Shown: piece after piece, positions 33,986 to 44,003 of the stretch
Numbering within the stretch: the first letter of the stretch is position 1
How the letters are laid out: every line of letters begins with the position of its first letter
From: Candidatus Latescibacterota bacterium
GTDB taxonomy: Bacteria > Latescibacterota > UBA2968 > SICM01
Assembly (NCBI GenBank): GCA_965217865.1
Contig: CBDCJO010000002.1
Coordinates: 128,001 to 192,000 of the forward strand
Direction of reading: 5' to 3'
Length of the DNA stretch: 64,000 bases
Made by a program: the position numbers and the translations under genes
Notes under the pieces: model-generated
What the model was told of the DNA's origin: nothing
Seen by the model: only the letters and a program-made list of their open reading frames with translations
The model's database searches: none

Positions 33986-34385
33986 GCCAGCCGCCGAAAG
34001 GTCGTAGCCGCTGGACGCTGGAGTTGCTCGCCGACAAGCTGGTTGAACTCAACATCGTCGGGAGCATCTCCTATCGGACCGTGCAACGGGCGCTCAAAAA
34101 AACGAACTCAAGCCCCATCTGAAAACGTGCTGGGTGATTCCGCCCAGGGAAAACGCCGCATTCGTAGCTTGCATGGAGAATCTTCTGGATCTGTATCACC
34201 GGCCCTATGATCCGGAAAGGCCGCTTTTGGCCATGGACGAACACCCCGTGCAGTTGATCGGAGAGACACGCATCCCGGTCCCGGAAAAACCGGGGCATCC
34301 CCGACGTTACGACTATGAGTATGAGCGTAACGGCACAGCCGCGAACTTCTTGTTCCTCGAGCCCCTGACCGGACGTCGGAAGGCG
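33986..34385 (+). pseudogene. IS630-family transposase internal fragment
   Basis: PPKGRSRWTLELLADKL, CTCAAAAAAAC slippery site, FVACME, MDE, DYEYERNGTA. Confidence 0.85.
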
Positions 34386-34464
34386 AGATCGTTCAGTTAT
34401 GAGATACCTGTACAAGATCTGGAGCGGCTAGGACGGTTTTACTCCCAGCCAGATCCCCGCCCGT

Positions 34465-34515
34465 AAGCGTGAGCGTCGCGATCAACTTCTGAGAATGGAG
34501 TTTCGCGCCTTCCTC
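34465..34515 (+). repeat. 51-bp copy of IS1380 internal sequence 26243-26293
   Basis: AAGCGTGAGCGTCGCGATCAACTTCTGAGAATGGAGTTTCGCGCCTTCCTC at both sites. Confidence 0.9.
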
Positions 34516-35123
34516 GGCACGAACTCGATCACCTCCGGCGAGAGCCGACTGGGCCGCTTCGCCGAACTATCGGTAGGCTCCAGCGGCGCGATTCGTGATG
34601 GCGCACATGGTTGCCACGGGTAGCGGAAAAATCGTTAATGTTTGGGCATTCGCCGCGCCAATGGATTGGCCGGTTCACTCCCGAAGACTTTCCTGGGCTC
34701 TTCTGACATTGCCATGTTCCACTACCGAATCCATGGTGGCGGTTTTTAACCTGGAATGCCAACAAGGGAGTGTTCGAGTAATTGTCCTGGGCCTTGAGCA
34801 GATCTTTCTTATCCTCTCAAAGGGGCGTCAGCACAGTCGTCTGTGGTCGGTTTGGGATTCTCATGGAATATCATTATTCTTCTAAAGAATAGCTCCAAAA
34901 CAAAGAATCAAAAAGTAAAAATAGGAACTAAATGTTCTGTCGTATCGTCTTCCCGGTTGCCGAACCCACGTAGCGGGTTGCCGAAGGCCAAGGCGTGCAC
35001 GCGCCGCAGTGGCAACCGGTTGTTACACGACGTTGTTGTTAAGCGGCTAAAGGTTGGTCTGTTGGTTGCAGAGTTGGCTCTGATACAGGAAACCGATAAT
35101 GGTCTCCAGCCGCCCACATGTGG

Positions 35124-35310
35124 TCATCGTCTTTCCGTCGAATAGAGTATCAGGTCAATGTCCCTCCCGTGGATCCTGTCGGCCTTTTGGAGCAGCTTTT
35201 CCCGAGTAAACCCGAGACGCTCGAGCAATAGGGCGCTACGGGTGTTACCAACAGCCACGCAGGCCACGACCCTCTTGCGATCGAGCACATCGAAAGCATA
35301 GGCGATCAGG
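35124..35310 (-). pseudogene. RimJ/RimL GNAT acetyltransferase C-terminal fragment
   Basis: LIAYAFDVL..KRVVA...GNTRSALLLERLGFTRE. Confidence 0.65.
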
Positions 35311-35397
35311 CGACGACCGCAGATGGCCGCGATCCACCTGCCCTGATACGCCGCACCGACCCAGGATTCGAGTTCGATCGCGTGCGGCTGGTCCGCC

Positions 35398-35465
35398 ACA
35401 GGTTGCCTGCGCCGGTCTTCTTGAGTAGTTCATCGCCCATTGCCAGGTCGGGGTTCATCTTGGTG
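35398..35465 (-). pseudogene. Type III-like Mod methyltransferase fragment
   Basis: KMNPDLAMGDELLKKTGAGNL. Confidence 0.55.
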
Positions 35466-35584
35466 GGAAGCACGGTCAGGCCCAGGTGTTTGCCATTTGC
35501 CAAGGCGACCGGGCGAATCGTCACAAGTGAGCCATGATGGGCACTTACGGGGCCGGGAACAAGCACTGGAATCGCTCGGCTGGC

Positions 35585-35840
35585 CTTCACCCGTGTCACG
35601 GCGTACAATGCTGCGCATCGCGGCGTTGGCCTCCAGTGTCGTAGCATCCACGCCCAACGTCTTCCCCTTCACCAGACCCGCTTTGCACAAGACCCTCAGG
35701 ATCCACTTGAAAACCGCTTCGTGAACTTCCAAGGGAAGCCGATGCCGGATGCGAGACAGGCTGGAATGATCCGGGGTCTGTTCGTCAAGGGCATACCCCA
35801 AAAACCGGCGCAACGTCAGCGAGTCAGATACACGCCATTC
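35585..35840 (-). pseudogene. IS1182/IS5-like transposase fragment
   Basis: LRRFLGY...TPDHSSLSRIR...GVDATTLEANAAMRSIVRRD. Confidence 0.8.
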
Positions 35841-36155
35841 AGGGTGATTGTGCACTTGACAAAATAGGGCTTGGCAGTTCTTGTGTGTTTCGTTACACTT
35901 TATGGTTTTGACCTCCACTTGGATTTTGTCTCCCATAATGATGCATTGCGATCAGAGGCCCCGTGATCGAGAACACAGAGCTCACACACTAAACATCTTG
36001 CGTCATTTTGCGCGAGATGATGTTCCTTACCCTTCGAACTTGACTCCCGACGATATATACCGGGTCCTCCCTGGCGAAGACCCGGCGGCAGCCTGGAACT
36101 GCTCGCGCGGCGCCGACGTGTCACGCCGCGGGCGCCAAGGACCTATCATCCGCAT

Positions 36156-38153
36156 ATGAGTAACAGCGACCTGCACTGGATCGCGAACTATATCTGGGGG
36201 ATCGCCGACGACGTCCTCCGAGACCTCTACGTCCGCGGCAAGTACCGGGACGTCATCCTGCCGATGACGGTGCTGCGCCGGCTGGACGCGGTGCTGGTGG
36301 ATAGCAAGCCGAACGTGCTTGAGATGAAGGCAGTGCTCGACCAGACCGGCGTCGTCGAGCAGGACGCGGCCCTCCGGCAAGCGGCGGGACAGGCCTTCTA
36401 CAACACCTCGACGTTCACCCTGCGCGACCTCCGGGCCCGCGCTAGCCGGCAGCAGCTCAGGGCCGACTTCGAGGCCTACCTCGACGGCTTCTCGCCCAAC
36501 GTACAGGACATTCTCGAGAACTTTGAGTTCCGCAACCAGATCCCGCGGCTCTCGAAGGCCGACGCCCTGGGTACGCTCATCGAGAAGCTCACCTCGCCGG
36601 ACGTCAACCTCAGCCCAACCCCGGTGAAGCACGCTGACGGCTCGGTCCGGTATCCCGGCCTCGACAACCACGGTATGGGCTCGATCTTCGAGGAGTTGGT
36701 CCGCCGCTTCAACGAGGAGAACAACGAGGAGGCGGGCGAGCACTGGACGCCGCGCGACGCCGTGCGGCTGATGGCGAAGCTCGTCTTTCTCCCCGTCGCC
36801 GACGATCTCAAGTCTGGCACCTACCTGCTCTATGACGGCGCCTGCGGCACCGGCGGGATACTCACCGTCGCCGAGGAGACGCTGGGCCAGCTCGCGGCCG
36901 AGCGCGGCAAGGACGTCTCGATGCACCTGTTCGGCCAGGAGATCAACGCCGAGACCTACGCCATCTGCACGGCCGACCTGCTGCTCAAGGGCGAGGGCGA
37001 GGCGGCCGACAATATCGTCGGCGGCCCTGAGCACTCCACCCTCGCCAACGACGCCTTCCCGTCCCGCGAGTTCGACTTCATGCTCTCCAACCCGCCCTAC
37101 GGCAAGAACTGGAAGACCGACCTGGAGCGCATGGGCGGCAAGAAGGCTATGCGCGACCCGCGCTTAGTTATCGAGTACGCCGGCGATCCCGAGTACTCCC
37201 TGGTCACCCGCTCCAGCGACGGTCAGATGCTTTTCCTCGTCAACAAGCTCTCGAAGATGAAGCAGGACACGCCGCTCGGCAGCCGCATCGCCGAGGTGCA
37301 CAACGGCAGTTCGCTGTTCACCGGCGATGCTGGCCAGGGCGAGAGCAACATCCGCCGCTGGATCATCGAGAACGACTGGCTGGAGGCGATCGTCGCCCTG
37401 CCGCTCAACATGTTCTACAACACCGGCATCGCCACCTACATCTGGGTGCTTACTAACCGCAAGCCCGAGCACCGCAAGGGCAGGGTGCAGTTGATCGACG
37501 CCACGAAGTGGTACCGGCCGCTCCGCAAGAACCTGGGCAAGAAGAACTGCGAACTCGGCGAGGACGACATCGCCCGCATCTGCAACGCCTTCCTCGCTTT
37601 CGAGGAAACCGAGGATAGCCGCATCTTCGACAACGCCGCGTTCGGCTACTGGAAGGTGACGGTCGAACGGCCGTTGCGCATCGAGGCCGCCGACCCGAAC
37701 CGCGTCTACACGGCGGCAGAGATCAAGGCGCTGAAGGAGACTGGCAAGCGCAGCGAGGATGCGCCGCCGGTCCTCCGGAAGATCCACAAGCGCGGTACGA
37801 AGGCCGACCCGCTGCGCGGCCTGTTCGCTACCAACGTCAACGGCCGGCCGGCTGTCGTGGAGTACGAGCCGGATACCGACCTGCGCGACACCGAGCAGAT
37901 CCCGTTGCAGGAAGACGGCGGCATTGAGGCGTTCCTGCGCCGCGAGGTCCTGCCGTACGCGGCCGGCGCCTGGTACCAGGCGGGCAGTGTGAAGGTCGGC
38001 TACGAGATCAGCTTTACGCGCTACTTCTACAAGCCGAAGCCGATGCGGACGCTGGCAGAGATTCGGGCGGATATTCTGGCGCTGGAGCAGGAGACGGAAG
38101 GGCTGCTGGCCGAGATTCTCGGCGGCGGCGAACAGCGGGAGACGACTGCATGA
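36156..38153 (+). CDS. hsdM: Type I R-M methyltransferase subunit M
   Basis: IWGIADDVLR, EEAGEHWTPRD, YDGACGTGG, NPPY. Confidence 0.95.
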   Translation: MSNSDLHWIANYIWGIADDVLRDLYVRGKYRDVILPMTVLRRLDAVLVDSKPNVLEMKAVLDQTGVVEQDAALRQAAGQAFYNTSTFTLRDLRARASRQQLRADFEAYLDGFSPNVQDILENFEFRNQIPRLSKADALGTLIEKLTSPDVNLSPTPVKHADGSVRYPGLDNHGMGSIFEELVRRFNEENNEEAGEHWTPRDAVRLMAKLVFLPVADDLKSGTYLLYDGACGTGGILTVAEETLGQLAAERGKDVSMHLFGQEINAETYAICTADLLLKGEGEAADNIVGGPEHSTLANDAFPSREFDFMLSNPPYGKNWKTDLERMGGKKAMRDPRLVIEYAGDPEYSLVTRSSDGQMLFLVNKLSKMKQDTPLGSRIAEVHNGSSLFTGDAGQGESNIRRWIIENDWLEAIVALPLNMFYNTGIATYIWVLTNRKPEHRKGRVQLIDATKWYRPLRKNLGKKNCELGEDDIARICNAFLAFEETEDSRIFDNAAFGYWKVTVERPLRIEAADPNRVYTAAEIKALKETGKRSEDAPPVLRKIHKRGTKADPLRGLFATNVNGRPAVVEYEPDTDLRDTEQIPLQEDGGIEAFLRREVLPYAAGAWYQAGSVKVGYEISFTRYFYKPKPMRTLAEIRADILALEQETEGLLAEILGGGEQRETTA

Positions 38154-38362
38154 CTGAGATCATCTTCGAAATCACCGAAGACGAAGCGGACGGCGGGTAT
38201 TCGGCAAGCGCGCTCGGGTACGGCATTCACACCCAGGGCGAGTCTGTCGAGGAGATCCGCAGCAACGTCAAGGAAGCCGTCGACTGCTACTTCGACGACA
38301 CCATGCCGCGACCGAAGTTGATCCGGTTGCACTTCGTGCGGGACGAGGTTCTCGTGGCATGA
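38150..38362 (+). CDS. hicB: HicB-like antitoxin (no DNA-binding domain)
   Basis: EDEADGGYSA..LG..IHTQGESVEEIRSNVKEAV; ATGA-coupled to hsdM and to hicA. Confidence 0.75.
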   Translation: MTEIIFEITEDEADGGYSASALGYGIHTQGESVEEIRSNVKEAVDCYFDDTMPRPKLIRLHFVRDEVLVA

Positions 38363-38601
38363 AGTTGCCCCGCAACGTGAGCGGCGCGACGCTGCAAGCG
38401 TCGCTTCGACGTCTGGGGTACGACACCGTGCGACAGCGAGGCTCCCACGTGCGGATCACGACGCAGATCAACGGTGAACATCATGAGGTGATCCCGCTGC
38501 ACACTCCGATCAGGACGAAGACGCTGTCGAGCATCCTGAAGAGCGTTGCCCGGCACCACGAAATGACCGTCGAGGAGCTTCTCCGTGAACTCGACCTGTG
38601 A
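38359..38601 (+). CDS. hicA: HicA-family mRNA interferase toxin
   Basis: LRRLGY..VRQRGSHVR...IPLH..I...TLSSILK. Confidence 0.88.
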   Translation: MKLPRNVSGATLQASLRRLGYDTVRQRGSHVRITTQINGEHHEVIPLHTPIRTKTLSSILKSVARHHEMTVEELLRELDL

Positions 38602-39931
38602 ACTCGGCCGCCACGCGGCACGCGCACTCAAGCCGTACCCGGACTACAAGGACTCCGGAGTACCGTGGCTTGGAGAGGTGCCGAAGCATTGGGAGGTGCG
38701 GAGACTCAAGAGCTGGTTGGACGTCAATGAATTCGTCCTGTCGGAAGACACTGATCCAGAGTACACATTTGAGTACCTGGACATCGGGTCAGTTGCGACT
38801 GGCCGATTGACCGCAAAGCCCGAACGGATTCGATTCGGAAACTCACCGTCTCGGGCAAGGCGTGTCGTCAGGCCCGGCGATACGATCGTTTCGACGGTGA
38901 GGACCTATCTGAAAGCTGTCTGGCACGCGGAACACCAGGGTGATGATCTAGTCGCGTCAACCGGTTTTGCAGTGCTGACGCCGCGACGCGGCACGTTCCC
39001 GAGGTTCGTGAGCTATTTCTGCCAGAGTGATCCGTTCACAAACCGCGTTACGGCAGAGGCAGTGGGTATCGCATATCCAGCGATTGCCGAGACAAGGCTG
39101 GGAACGTTCGAGGTCTGCATTCCGCCCTATCCCGAACAAGCCGCCATCGTCCGCTTCCTCGACCACGCCGCGTATAGGCCCTCGGGCATCGAATGGTTGG
39201 GTGAGGTGCCGGAGCACTGGGAGGTGCGGCGGGTGAAGAGCTTGTCGCTAGTTAAGCGCGGTGCATCACCCAGGCCCATTGCCGACCCGAATTACTTCGA
39301 TGGCTATGGTGAGTACGCGTGGGTGCGCATCGCCGACGTTACAGCCAGCAGTCGCTATCTTGAGCGAACCACACAGCGGCTCTCCGTGCTCGGGCAGTCG
39401 CTGAGCGTGCCGCTCGAACCAGGCGCACTGTTCCTGAGCATCGCTGGCTCGGTTGGGAAACCGATAATCACCCGCATCAAGTGCTGTATCCACGACGGGT
39501 TCGTATACTTCCCACAGTTCACCGGTGACGTTGAGTTTCTCTGTCGAATTTTCGCGTCTGGCGCTCCCTTCGCTCGGCTTGGAAAGCTTGGAACCCAGCT
39601 TAATCTCAACACAGACACCGTCGGTAATATCTCGCTGGGCTGGCCCCCCTCTAAGGAACAAGCCGCCATCGTGTCCTTCCTGGATCGCACCACCGCAGCC
39701 CTCGATGCGGCGACCACGTCAGCTCAACGAGAAACCTCACTTCTCCGCGAATACCACACCCGCCTCATCGCCGACGTGGTCACTGGGAAGCTCGATGTGC
39801 GCGAGGCGGCGGTGGGGCTACCGGACGAGGTCAAGGAGCCGGAGCCCTTCGACGAAACCAGCGCCTTGATCGACGGCGAGGAAGAGCCCTCCGACGATCT
39901 CGACGCTGTGCCCGAGGAGGCTGCGGTGTGA
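38585..39931 (+). CDS. hsdS: Type I R-M specificity subunit S (central conserved region appears deleted)
   Basis: Two SGV/IxWLGEVPxHWEVRR repeats, two TRDs, EQAAIV motifs, LIADVVTGKLDVR; start codon uncertain. Confidence 0.9.
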   Translation: MNSTCELGRHAARALKPYPDYKDSGVPWLGEVPKHWEVRRLKSWLDVNEFVLSEDTDPEYTFEYLDIGSVATGRLTAKPERIRFGNSPSRARRVVRPGDTIVSTVRTYLKAVWHAEHQGDDLVASTGFAVLTPRRGTFPRFVSYFCQSDPFTNRVTAEAVGIAYPAIAETRLGTFEVCIPPYPEQAAIVRFLDHAAYRPSGIEWLGEVPEHWEVRRVKSLSLVKRGASPRPIADPNYFDGYGEYAWVRIADVTASSRYLERTTQRLSVLGQSLSVPLEPGALFLSIAGSVGKPIITRIKCCIHDGFVYFPQFTGDVEFLCRIFASGAPFARLGKLGTQLNLNTDTVGNISLGWPPSKEQAAIVSFLDRTTAALDAATTSAQRETSLLREYHTRLIADVVTGKLDVREAAVGLPDEVKEPEPFDETSALIDGEEEPSDDLDAVPEEAAV

Positions 39932-42927
39932 CGACCGACACCAGCGAACGCGGCCTCGAACGGCTGATCTGCACGGCGCTGGCCGGGCATGCCTGTGATC
40001 CGCCGCAGGCGGGGCAGGTCTCGGAGCCGCACGCGGGTTACGGCGGCGTGGGGTGGAGCGGTGGCAGTTCGCACGACTACGACCGCGAGTTCTGCGTCGA
40101 TCGGGTCCAGCTCGCGGCATTCCTGAAGTCCACCCAGCCGGACGCCGCCGAAGCGCTGGCGCTGGACGAGGACGGTCCGACGCGGCGCAAGTTCTTGGCG
40201 CGGCTGCAGGGCGAGATCGCCAAGCGCGGCACCATCGACGTGCTGCGCCACGGCCTCAGGCACGGCGCGCACGACCTGGACATCTTCTACGGTACTCCGT
40301 CACCCGGGAACGTGCAGGCGCAGCAGCGTTTCGAGCAGAACCGCTTCACCGTCGTCCGGCAGCTTCGCTACAGCCGCGACGACACCCAACGGGCGCTCGA
40401 CATCGGCCTCTTCATCAACGGCCTTCCGGTCTTCACGTTCGAGCTGAAGAACAGCCTGACCAAGCAGACGGTGGACGATGCGGTGTGGCAGTACCAGAAG
40501 GACCGCAACCCGCGCGAGAAGCTGTTCGAGTTCGGCCGCTGCGTGGCCCACTTCGCGGTGGACGAGAGCGACGTGCGTTTCTGCACCCACATCAGGGGAA
40601 AGGCGTCCTGGTTCCTGCCGTTCAACCTGGGCTGGAACGACGGCGCCGGTAATCCGCCCAACCCGATCGGCATCAAGACCGACTACCTGTGGCGAGACGT
40701 GCTGACCCGCGAAAGCCTGACCGACATCCTGGAGAACTACGCCCAGGTGGTGGAGGCGAGGGACGAGAAGACCGGCAAGAAAAAGCGGACGCAGATTTGG
40801 CCACGCTACCAACAGCTCGACGTAGTGCGCCGGCTGCTGGCCGACGCCGCGACGCACGGGGCTGGCCGGCGCTACCTGATCCAGCACTCGGCGGGCAGCG
40901 GGAAGAGCAACTCCATCGCTTGGCTGGCCCACCAACTGATCGGACTCGCGAAGGACGACGCTTCGACCTTCGACTCGATCATCGTGGTCACCGACCGGCG
41001 CATCCTCGACCGGCAGATCCGCGACACCATCAAGCAGTACGCCCAGGTCGGCGCGACGGTGGGGCACGCGGAGCGCTCCGGAGACCTGCGCCGGTTCATC
41101 GAGGCCGGCAAGAAGATCATCATCTCGACGGTTCAGAAGTTCCCCTTCATCCTCGACGAGATCGGCAACGAGCAGCGCGGGCAGCGCTTCGCCATCATCA
41201 TTGACGAGGCCCACTCCAGCCAGGGTGGGCGCACCTCGGCGTCCATCTCGGCCGCGCTTGGGACAGCCGGTGAAGAGGCCGAGGAGGAGACCACCGAGGA
41301 CCACATCAACCGCATGATGGAGTCGCGCAAGCTGCTCCCCAACGCCAGTTACTTCGCGTTCACCGCCACCCCGAAGAACAAGACGCTGGAGATCTTCGGC
41401 GCGCCGGACCCGCAGCCCGGCGGCGCGGTCAGGCACCACGCCTTCCACAGCTACACCATGAAGCAGGCAATCCAGGAGGGGTTCATCCTGGACGTGCTGG
41501 CGCACTACACGCCGGTGTCCAGCTACTACCGGCTTGCCAAGACGGTGGAGGACGACCCGGAGTTCGACGTCAAGAAGGCGCAGAAGAAACTGCGGCGCTT
41601 CGTCGAGGGCCACGACCACGCGATCCGCCTCAAGGCCGAGATCATGGTCGACCACTTCCACGAGCAGGTCATCGCCAAGAACAAGATCGGCGGCGAGGCG
41701 CGGGCGATGGTGGTCACCAACGGCATCGAGCGCACGATCCAGTACTTCCACGCCATCCGCGACTACCTGCAGGAGCGCAAGAGCCAGTACCGGGCCGTCG
41801 TGGCCTTCTCCGGCGAGCCCGAGTTCGGCGGCGAGAAGGTGACCGAGGCGTCGCTGAACGGCTTTCCGTCCGGCCAGATCGAAGACAAGATCCAGCAGGA
41901 TCCGTACCGCTTCCTGATCTGCGTCGACAAGTTCCAGACCGGCTACGACGAGCCATTGCTGCACACGATGTACGTGGACAAGACGCTGTCTGGCATCAAG
42001 GCGGTGCAGACCCTGTCGCGCCTCAACCGGGCGCATCCGAAGAAGCACGATGTCTTCGTGCTGGACTTCCTCAACGACGCCGACACCATCCGCGACGCCT
42101 TCACCGACTACTACCGCGCGACGATCCTCGCCGGCGAGACCGATCCCGACAAGCTCCACGACCTGCAGGCGGACCTGGATGCCGCCCAGGTCTACTCACC
42201 CGAGCAGATCGACGACTTCGTCGAGCGCTACCTCGACGGGGCCGAGCGCGACCAATTGGATCCGATCCTCGACGCCTGCGTGGCGGTCTATCGGAAAGAC
42301 CTGGACGAGGACGGGCAGGTGGACTTCAAGGGCAAGGCCAAGGCATTCGCGCGGACCTACGGCTTCCTGTCGTGCGTCCTGCCCTACACGAACGCCGCGT
42401 GGGAGAAGCGCTCGATCTTCCTGAACTTCCTGATCTCGAAGCTGCCGGCGCCCAAGGAGGAGGACCTCTCCAAGGGCATCCTCGACGCCATCGACATGGA
42501 CAGCTATCGGGTCGAGAAGCGCGCGGTGCAGCAGATCCTGCTGCCCGACGAGAATGCCGAGATCGCACCCGTGCCACCGAGCGGCGGCGGCCACGTGCCG
42601 GAGCCGGAGCTGGAGCGGCTCTCGAGCATCTTGAGAGAGTTCAATGACCTGTTCGGTGCCATCGCGTGGCAGGACACCGACCGTGTGAAGGAGATGATCA
42701 CGGAGACCATTCCTTTCCGAGTAGCCCAGGACGCTGCGTTCAAGAACGCTCGCCAGAACTCCGATCAGGACAATGCTCGCATTGAGCACGCCAAGGCGCT
42801 CACTCGTGTCATGACGGCGCTAATCAAGGATGATGCCGAACTGTTCAAGCAATTCATGGACAACGACAGCTTCAAGCGTTGGATGACTGAGACCGTGTTC
42901 GGCTTGGCCTGTAAGCAGGCCAGTTGA
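39928..42927 (+). CDS. hsdR: Type I restriction endonuclease subunit R
   Basis: LFINGLPVFTFELKN, QHSAGSGKS, DEAH, FTATP, VQTLSRLNR. Confidence 0.95.
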   Translation: MTTDTSERGLERLICTALAGHACDPPQAGQVSEPHAGYGGVGWSGGSSHDYDREFCVDRVQLAAFLKSTQPDAAEALALDEDGPTRRKFLARLQGEIAKRGTIDVLRHGLRHGAHDLDIFYGTPSPGNVQAQQRFEQNRFTVVRQLRYSRDDTQRALDIGLFINGLPVFTFELKNSLTKQTVDDAVWQYQKDRNPREKLFEFGRCVAHFAVDESDVRFCTHIRGKASWFLPFNLGWNDGAGNPPNPIGIKTDYLWRDVLTRESLTDILENYAQVVEARDEKTGKKKRTQIWPRYQQLDVVRRLLADAATHGAGRRYLIQHSAGSGKSNSIAWLAHQLIGLAKDDASTFDSIIVVTDRRILDRQIRDTIKQYAQVGATVGHAERSGDLRRFIEAGKKIIISTVQKFPFILDEIGNEQRGQRFAIIIDEAHSSQGGRTSASISAALGTAGEEAEEETTEDHINRMMESRKLLPNASYFAFTATPKNKTLEIFGAPDPQPGGAVRHHAFHSYTMKQAIQEGFILDVLAHYTPVSSYYRLAKTVEDDPEFDVKKAQKKLRRFVEGHDHAIRLKAEIMVDHFHEQVIAKNKIGGEARAMVVTNGIERTIQYFHAIRDYLQERKSQYRAVVAFSGEPEFGGEKVTEASLNGFPSGQIEDKIQQDPYRFLICVDKFQTGYDEPLLHTMYVDKTLSGIKAVQTLSRLNRAHPKKHDVFVLDFLNDADTIRDAFTDYYRATILAGETDPDKLHDLQADLDAAQVYSPEQIDDFVERYLDGAERDQLDPILDACVAVYRKDLDEDGQVDFKGKAKAFARTYGFLSCVLPYTNAAWEKRSIFLNFLISKLPAPKEEDLSKGILDAIDMDSYRVEKRAVQQILLPDENAEIAPVPPSGGGHVPEPELERLSSILREFNDLFGAIAWQDTDRVKEMITETIPFRVAQDAAFKNARQNSDQDNARIEHAKALTRVMTALIKDDAELFKQFMDNDSFKRWMTETVFGLACKQAS

Positions 42928-43019
42928 CGGGCTGGCCGTGAGGAACGGATCGACCGCGCACCCGTACGGTCGGATCGGTCGAACGTCTCAGCCTGTCCGA
43001 TTAGATCGCGGTTCGGCGT

Positions 43020-43110
43020 CGGACGCCCTCGGCCTGCAGCGCGTCGCGCTGCAGGTCCAGCGACTGGGAAGCCGTCCGCCTTCGAGACGCGGGCGTAGCC
43101 GATCAGCATG
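43020..43110 (-). pseudogene. Small serine resolvase N-terminal stub
   Basis: MLIGYARVSKADG. Confidence 0.65.
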
Positions 43111-43429
43111 TGTCGTAAACGGTCGTTTGCGACACACGTGCAATGATGTGGTCGCTCGCAATCTAATTGATATTTTCGAAACCAACCCGGAGGCGTGAAA
43201 CGCTGTCCGCTTTCTGAATATTCAAGGATCAGTTTCGTGGGACCAGAATCAGGATTTTGGGACGTATCTCCATGGCTGGTATTTGAGGACGCCAAACAGG
43301 TGGCAAAAATACGTGGCGGAGATTGCCAGGCGCTTCGGATACTTCCCAGCCAGCAAACCGGCATTGGTCGGTACAGGGGGGATACAATAAGGTAATTCTA
43401 ACTTTTGGGCTTGGCAGACTGACCAGTAT

Positions 43430-43585
43430 GTCAGCTTCGATATCTTCTACCCACTCGCGTTTTACGTCGTCCAGGCTCCACGTGTCAAGGTAGATCAGAT
43501 CGACGCTACCGGAGTTCATACCACGCATGATGTCCAGATTGTCGCTCGTCCACAGCGTGCGGTTCTTGAAGTTGGGTTCGCTCAT
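43430..43585 (-). pseudogene. N6/N4 DNA methylase N-terminal fragment with an internal deletion
   Basis: NRTLWTSDNLDIMRGMNSGSVDLIYLD joined directly to TWSLDD (PPF motif lost). Confidence 0.7.
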
Positions 43586-43760
43586 GTTGGCGGTGGTGGT
43601 GTTCATACGAGCACCTCTTAGGAGGAATAAATTAGAAAAACTTTTGGAATAAAAAAAACCATTGGGAATTGTCCATAATACCCTCTATTATGTAAAGACA
43701 ATTTAGGATTGAGCACCGACGGTAGGAACTTTCCCGTGAGTCCGTTTAGGAGGAAAGGCA

Positions 43761-44003
43761 ATGCAAAAACTAAAGGATGAGTTTGAATACTACCTTGGGC
43801 ATCAATCCGAACTAGCAGAAAAATATGAGGGAAAGTATATCGTAATCAAAAACAAAAAAGTTATCGGAGTTTACGATGATCAGATAAGAGCGATTGAAAC
43901 TACAGCCAAAGAACATGATATAGGCACATTTCTTGTACAGAAATGCGATCCTGATCCAGATAGCACTATTCACACATTTCATTCACGAGCATACTTTTCG
44001 TAG
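43761..44003 (+). CDS. Small DUF5678-like protein
   Basis: EFEYY..HQSELAEKYEGKYIVIKNKKVIGVYD; RBS AGGAGG. Confidence 0.7.
   Translation: MQKLKDEFEYYLGHQSELAEKYEGKYIVIKNKKVIGVYDDQIRAIETTAKEHDIGTFLVQKCDPDPDSTIHTFHSRAYFS

Noticed and set aside
40300-42159. Long antisense ORFs (619 aa here; also 2160-3299, 6937-7995, 36027-37034)
   Set aside because: Shadows of high-GC3 codon usage in hsdR, hsdM and the recombinase; no motifs
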